Of a stretch of 6,915 bases of DNA, positions 5,422-6,915 are shown piece after piece. This DNA comes from a virus (lineage: Duplodnaviria > Heunggongvirae > Uroviricota > Caudoviricetes). How positions within the stretch are numbered: the first letter of the stretch is position 1; each line of letters begins with the position of its first letter. A program made the translations under genes and the position numbers. The notes under the pieces are model-generated. The model was not told the DNA's origin, searched no databases, and saw nothing but the letters and a program-made list of their open reading frames with translations. The DNA lies in the IMG/VR virus record IMGVR_UViG_3300000059_000098, positions 1-6,915 of that record; one strand, written 5' to 3'.

Positions 5422-6242
5422 AAAAACTATTACCACTCATCCCTCTCCTGATGACCACACTTCTGGTTGGCTGTGACCGCGTGGAGCCGGGCAATGTAGG
5501 CATCAAAGTCAACAAACTGGGCGACGACAAAGGCGTCGGTGAAGTGGTTGGCGTTGGCCGCTACTGGACAGGCTGGAATACCGAGGTTTACATCTTCCCG
5601 ACCTTCAAACAAATGAAGACCTACGATGAGCCGTTCAGCTTTCAGATGAGTGACGGCACAACCATCGGCTATCACATCGGTGTGGCCTACAAGGTTGATC
5701 CATCCAAAGTTACTACAGTGTTTCAGACCTACCGCAAAGGCGTGGATGACATTACCGACACTGACCTGCGCCAGAAGATCGCCGATGCACTCAACCGACT
5801 GGCCAGCAAAATGACCACCGATAAGTTTATCGACGGTGGTAAGTCTGAACTGCTGGACTCAGCACTTAAAGATATTCAGGAAGAGATGACCCCCATCGGC
5901 ATTCAGGTCATGAGCCTCTCTTATGTCGGTAAACCGGAATATCCGCCAACCGTTATTGACAGCATTAACGCCAAAGTCACGGCAAACCAGAAAACCCTGC
6001 AACGCGAACAGGAAGTCAAGCAACGCGAAGCAGAAGCCAACATGCTGCGCGCAGAAGCTGCCGGACAGGCTGATGCCATTCGCACAAAAGCCCAGGCTGA
6101 AGCCGACGCCATTCGTTTACGCGGTGAAGCTCTGCGCCAGAATCCCGGCGTTATGGAGCTGGAAGCAATCAACAAATGGAACGGCACGCTGCCGCAATAC
6201 ATGACCAGCAACACCGCTGTTCCGTTTGTTCCGGTGAAGTAA
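5418..6242 (+). CDS. SPFH / band-7 (stomatin-prohibitin-flotillin-HflK/C) domain lipoprotein, 274 aa
   Basis: The N-terminus MKKLLPLIPLLMTTLLVGC-D has a signal peptide with lipobox LVGC and Asp at +2, predicting an inner-membrane lipoprotein. The body has SPFH-like composition and ends in an Ala/Glu/Arg/Gln-rich coiled-coil-like tail, as in HflK/HflC-type proteins. Confidence 0.85.
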   Translation: MKKLLPLIPLLMTTLLVGCDRVEPGNVGIKVNKLGDDKGVGEVVGVGRYWTGWNTEVYIFPTFKQMKTYDEPFSFQMSDGTTIGYHIGVAYKVDPSKVTTVFQTYRKGVDDITDTDLRQKIADALNRLASKMTTDKFIDGGKSELLDSALKDIQEEMTPIGIQVMSLSYVGKPEYPPTVIDSINAKVTANQKTLQREQEVKQREAEANMLRAEAAGQADAIRTKAQAEADAIRLRGEALRQNPGVMELEAINKWNGTLPQYMTSNTAVPFVPVK

Positions 6243-6248
6243 TTAAAC

Positions 6249-6273
6249 CCGGCCAGTGAAAATCGCTGGCCGG
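6249..6273 (+). other. Stem-loop after the SPFH gene (8-bp perfect stem, 9-nt loop)
   Basis: ccggccag (6249-6256) / ctggccgg (6266-6273). A T6 run follows only at 6287-6292, so it is not a canonical intrinsic terminator. Confidence 0.3.
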
Positions 6274-6319
6274 AGCAGTATCAGGATTTTTTAGTATGCC
6301 GTTCTCACAAAAAAACCGC

Positions 6320-6349
6320 TTGCCATGCCTCAATAGGTCAGGTTACATT
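6320..6349 (+). promoter_or_regulatory. Candidate promoter for the antisense-RNA / icd-like transcript
   Basis: TTGCCA (6320-6325), 18-nt spacer, TACATT (6344-6349). A moderate match only; placed just upstream of the first sense target block. Confidence 0.3.
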
Positions 6350-6380
6350 TCCGCTGCACCTCATAAAACGGGTGCCGGGA

Positions 6381-6404
6381 TTCTCAACCCGACACAGAGC
6401 AAAG
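6381..6404 (+). promoter_or_regulatory. Upstream sense target pair (a1/b1-like) for the c4-like RNA
   Basis: ttctcaac (6381-6388) and agagcaaag (6396-6404) are exact reverse complements of gttgagaa (6524-6531) and ctttgctct (6510-6518). Confidence 0.4.
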
Positions 6405-6410
6405 CGCATA

Positions 6411-6431
6411 ACCGCGCAAGCGGTTTTTTTG
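6411..6431 (+). terminator. Short hairpin with GCAA tetraloop and U7 tract; possible terminator or attenuator
   Basis: accgc-gcaa-gcggt followed by ttttttt (6425-6431). The 3' arm can alternatively pair long-range with accgcttgc at 6315-6323. Confidence 0.35.
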
Positions 6432-6471
6432 TGCGTACTGTATCGCCACGTCTTTTTCGCGTCAGAATTAT

Positions 6472-6547
6472 GGCGGGGCGTACGGGGCCGACTTTGGTCG
6501 GGCCGGATTCTTTGCTCTCCGGTGTTGAGAACCCTGTACGTCTCGCC
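6472..6547 (+). ncRNA. Candidate c4 / CI-type antisense immunity RNA (76 nt)
   Basis: ggcggggcgtacgggg (6472-6487) pairs with ccctgtacgtctcgcc (6532-6547) as a 16-bp closing stem with three G-U pairs. Inside are a 5-bp hairpin (6488-6501) and a second hairpin (6503-6507 / 6518-6522) whose loop carries ctttgctc, followed by single-stranded gttgagaa. These two segments are exactly complementary to two sites repeated upstream (6381-6404) and at the RBS of the downstream ORF (6557-6601). Confidence 0.45.
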
Positions 6548-6556
6548 ACCCCGAGA

Positions 6557-6602
6557 TTCTCAACTCTGGATGGTGAGTTATTTCTATCACCGAGCAAAGA
6601 GG
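6557..6602 (+). promoter_or_regulatory. Downstream sense target pair (a2/b2-like) overlapping the ribosome-binding site of the 76-aa ORF
   Basis: ttctcaac (6557-6564) and gagcaaagag (6592-6601); the second block covers the AAGAGG Shine-Dalgarno sequence at 6597-6602, 7 nt before the ATG at 6610. Confidence 0.4.
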
Positions 6603-6609
6603 CCACACC

Positions 6610-6840
6610 ATGGCAAACCGCAAACAGCACCGCGCTATCGCGGAGCGTCGTCACATCCAGACTGAAATCAACCGCAGACTTTCCCGCGCATTCCGCGTCG
6701 CTAAAATCATGCACATCAATATGTTGCATGAGCGTAGCTGCGAACTTTCAAACCTCTATTCATCCGCTGTTTTCAGCTATCTGGCGGATGATCTGCGCGA
6801 GCTTCAGCAGCTCATTCAGCAGCAAAACAAACTCCATTAA
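6610..6840 (+). CDS. Small basic protein, 76 aa; possibly an Icd-like first gene of an antirepressor operon
   Basis: ORF with a strong AAGAGG 7 nt upstream. Its position directly after a c4-like RNA and its target sites parallels the P1 c4-icd-ant layout. Functional assignment is by context only. Confidence 0.6.
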   Translation: MANRKQHRAIAERRHIQTEINRRLSRAFRVAKIMHINMLHERSCELSNLYSSAVFSYLADDLRELQQLIQQQNKLH

Positions 6841-6915
6841 TTCCTGTTCCGGGCCTTTCCTGCACCTTGCGGCGGGAGGCCTTCGCACATCTGTAGTAAA
6901 GAGGATTGCCGCAAT

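Noticed and set aside
5148-6214. Track ORFs 5148-5339 (-), 5430-5675 (-), 5921-6214 (-) and 5923-6204 (+)
   Set aside because: All lie within the membrane-protein and SPFH genes on the other strand or frame; their translations are low-complexity (Arg/Ser/Cys/Ala-rich), typical of antisense or shifted frames.
6249-6292. Intrinsic terminator for the SPFH operon
   Set aside because: The 8-bp stem is real, but the T-run starts 13 nt after it, so it does not meet the hairpin-plus-U-tract rule; kept only as a stem-loop of unknown role.
6361-6729. Track ORFs 6361-6729 (-) and 6372-6665 (+)
   Set aside because: They cover the region with dense RNA secondary structure and the sense/antisense complementarity, have no ribosome-binding sites, and the minus-strand ORF runs antisense to the well-supported 76-aa gene.
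1-6915. tRNA genes, CRISPR repeats, IS elements and transposase genes
   Set aside because: No cloverleaf-like segments, no regularly spaced short repeats, no terminal inverted repeats flanking a transposase-sized ORF.

Overview
The window spans a junction between core chromosome and a temperate mobile element in an Escherichia-like enterobacterium. All protein identifications are from reading the translations and from memory of the families; no database search was run. Left ~1 kb (minus strand): the 5' two-thirds of pheA with its leader peptide pheL, attenuator and promoter. From ~1.0 kb rightwards: the integrase-proximal arm of a P2-like element, with a tyrosine integrase, a P2 C-type immunity repressor and a divergent Cox-like gene. 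These are followed by ~3.7 kb of small, tightly packed plus-strand genes of unknown function, many joined by ATGA stop/start overlaps, ending in a 2-TM membrane protein and an inner-membrane SPFH (band-7) lipoprotein. No recognisable replication gene lies in the ~4 kb after cox. The last ~600 bp looks like a P1 c4 / P4 CI-type antisense-RNA immunity locus: a 76-nt structured RNA whose two loop segments are exactly complementary to two repeated upstream/downstream sites, one of which overlaps the ribosome-binding site of a 76-aa basic ORF. The two candidates for something undescribed are this RNA locus sitting in a P2-type element and the six-gene coupled operon ending in the SPFH lipoprotein. 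No rRNA, tRNA, CRISPR array or IS element was seen.
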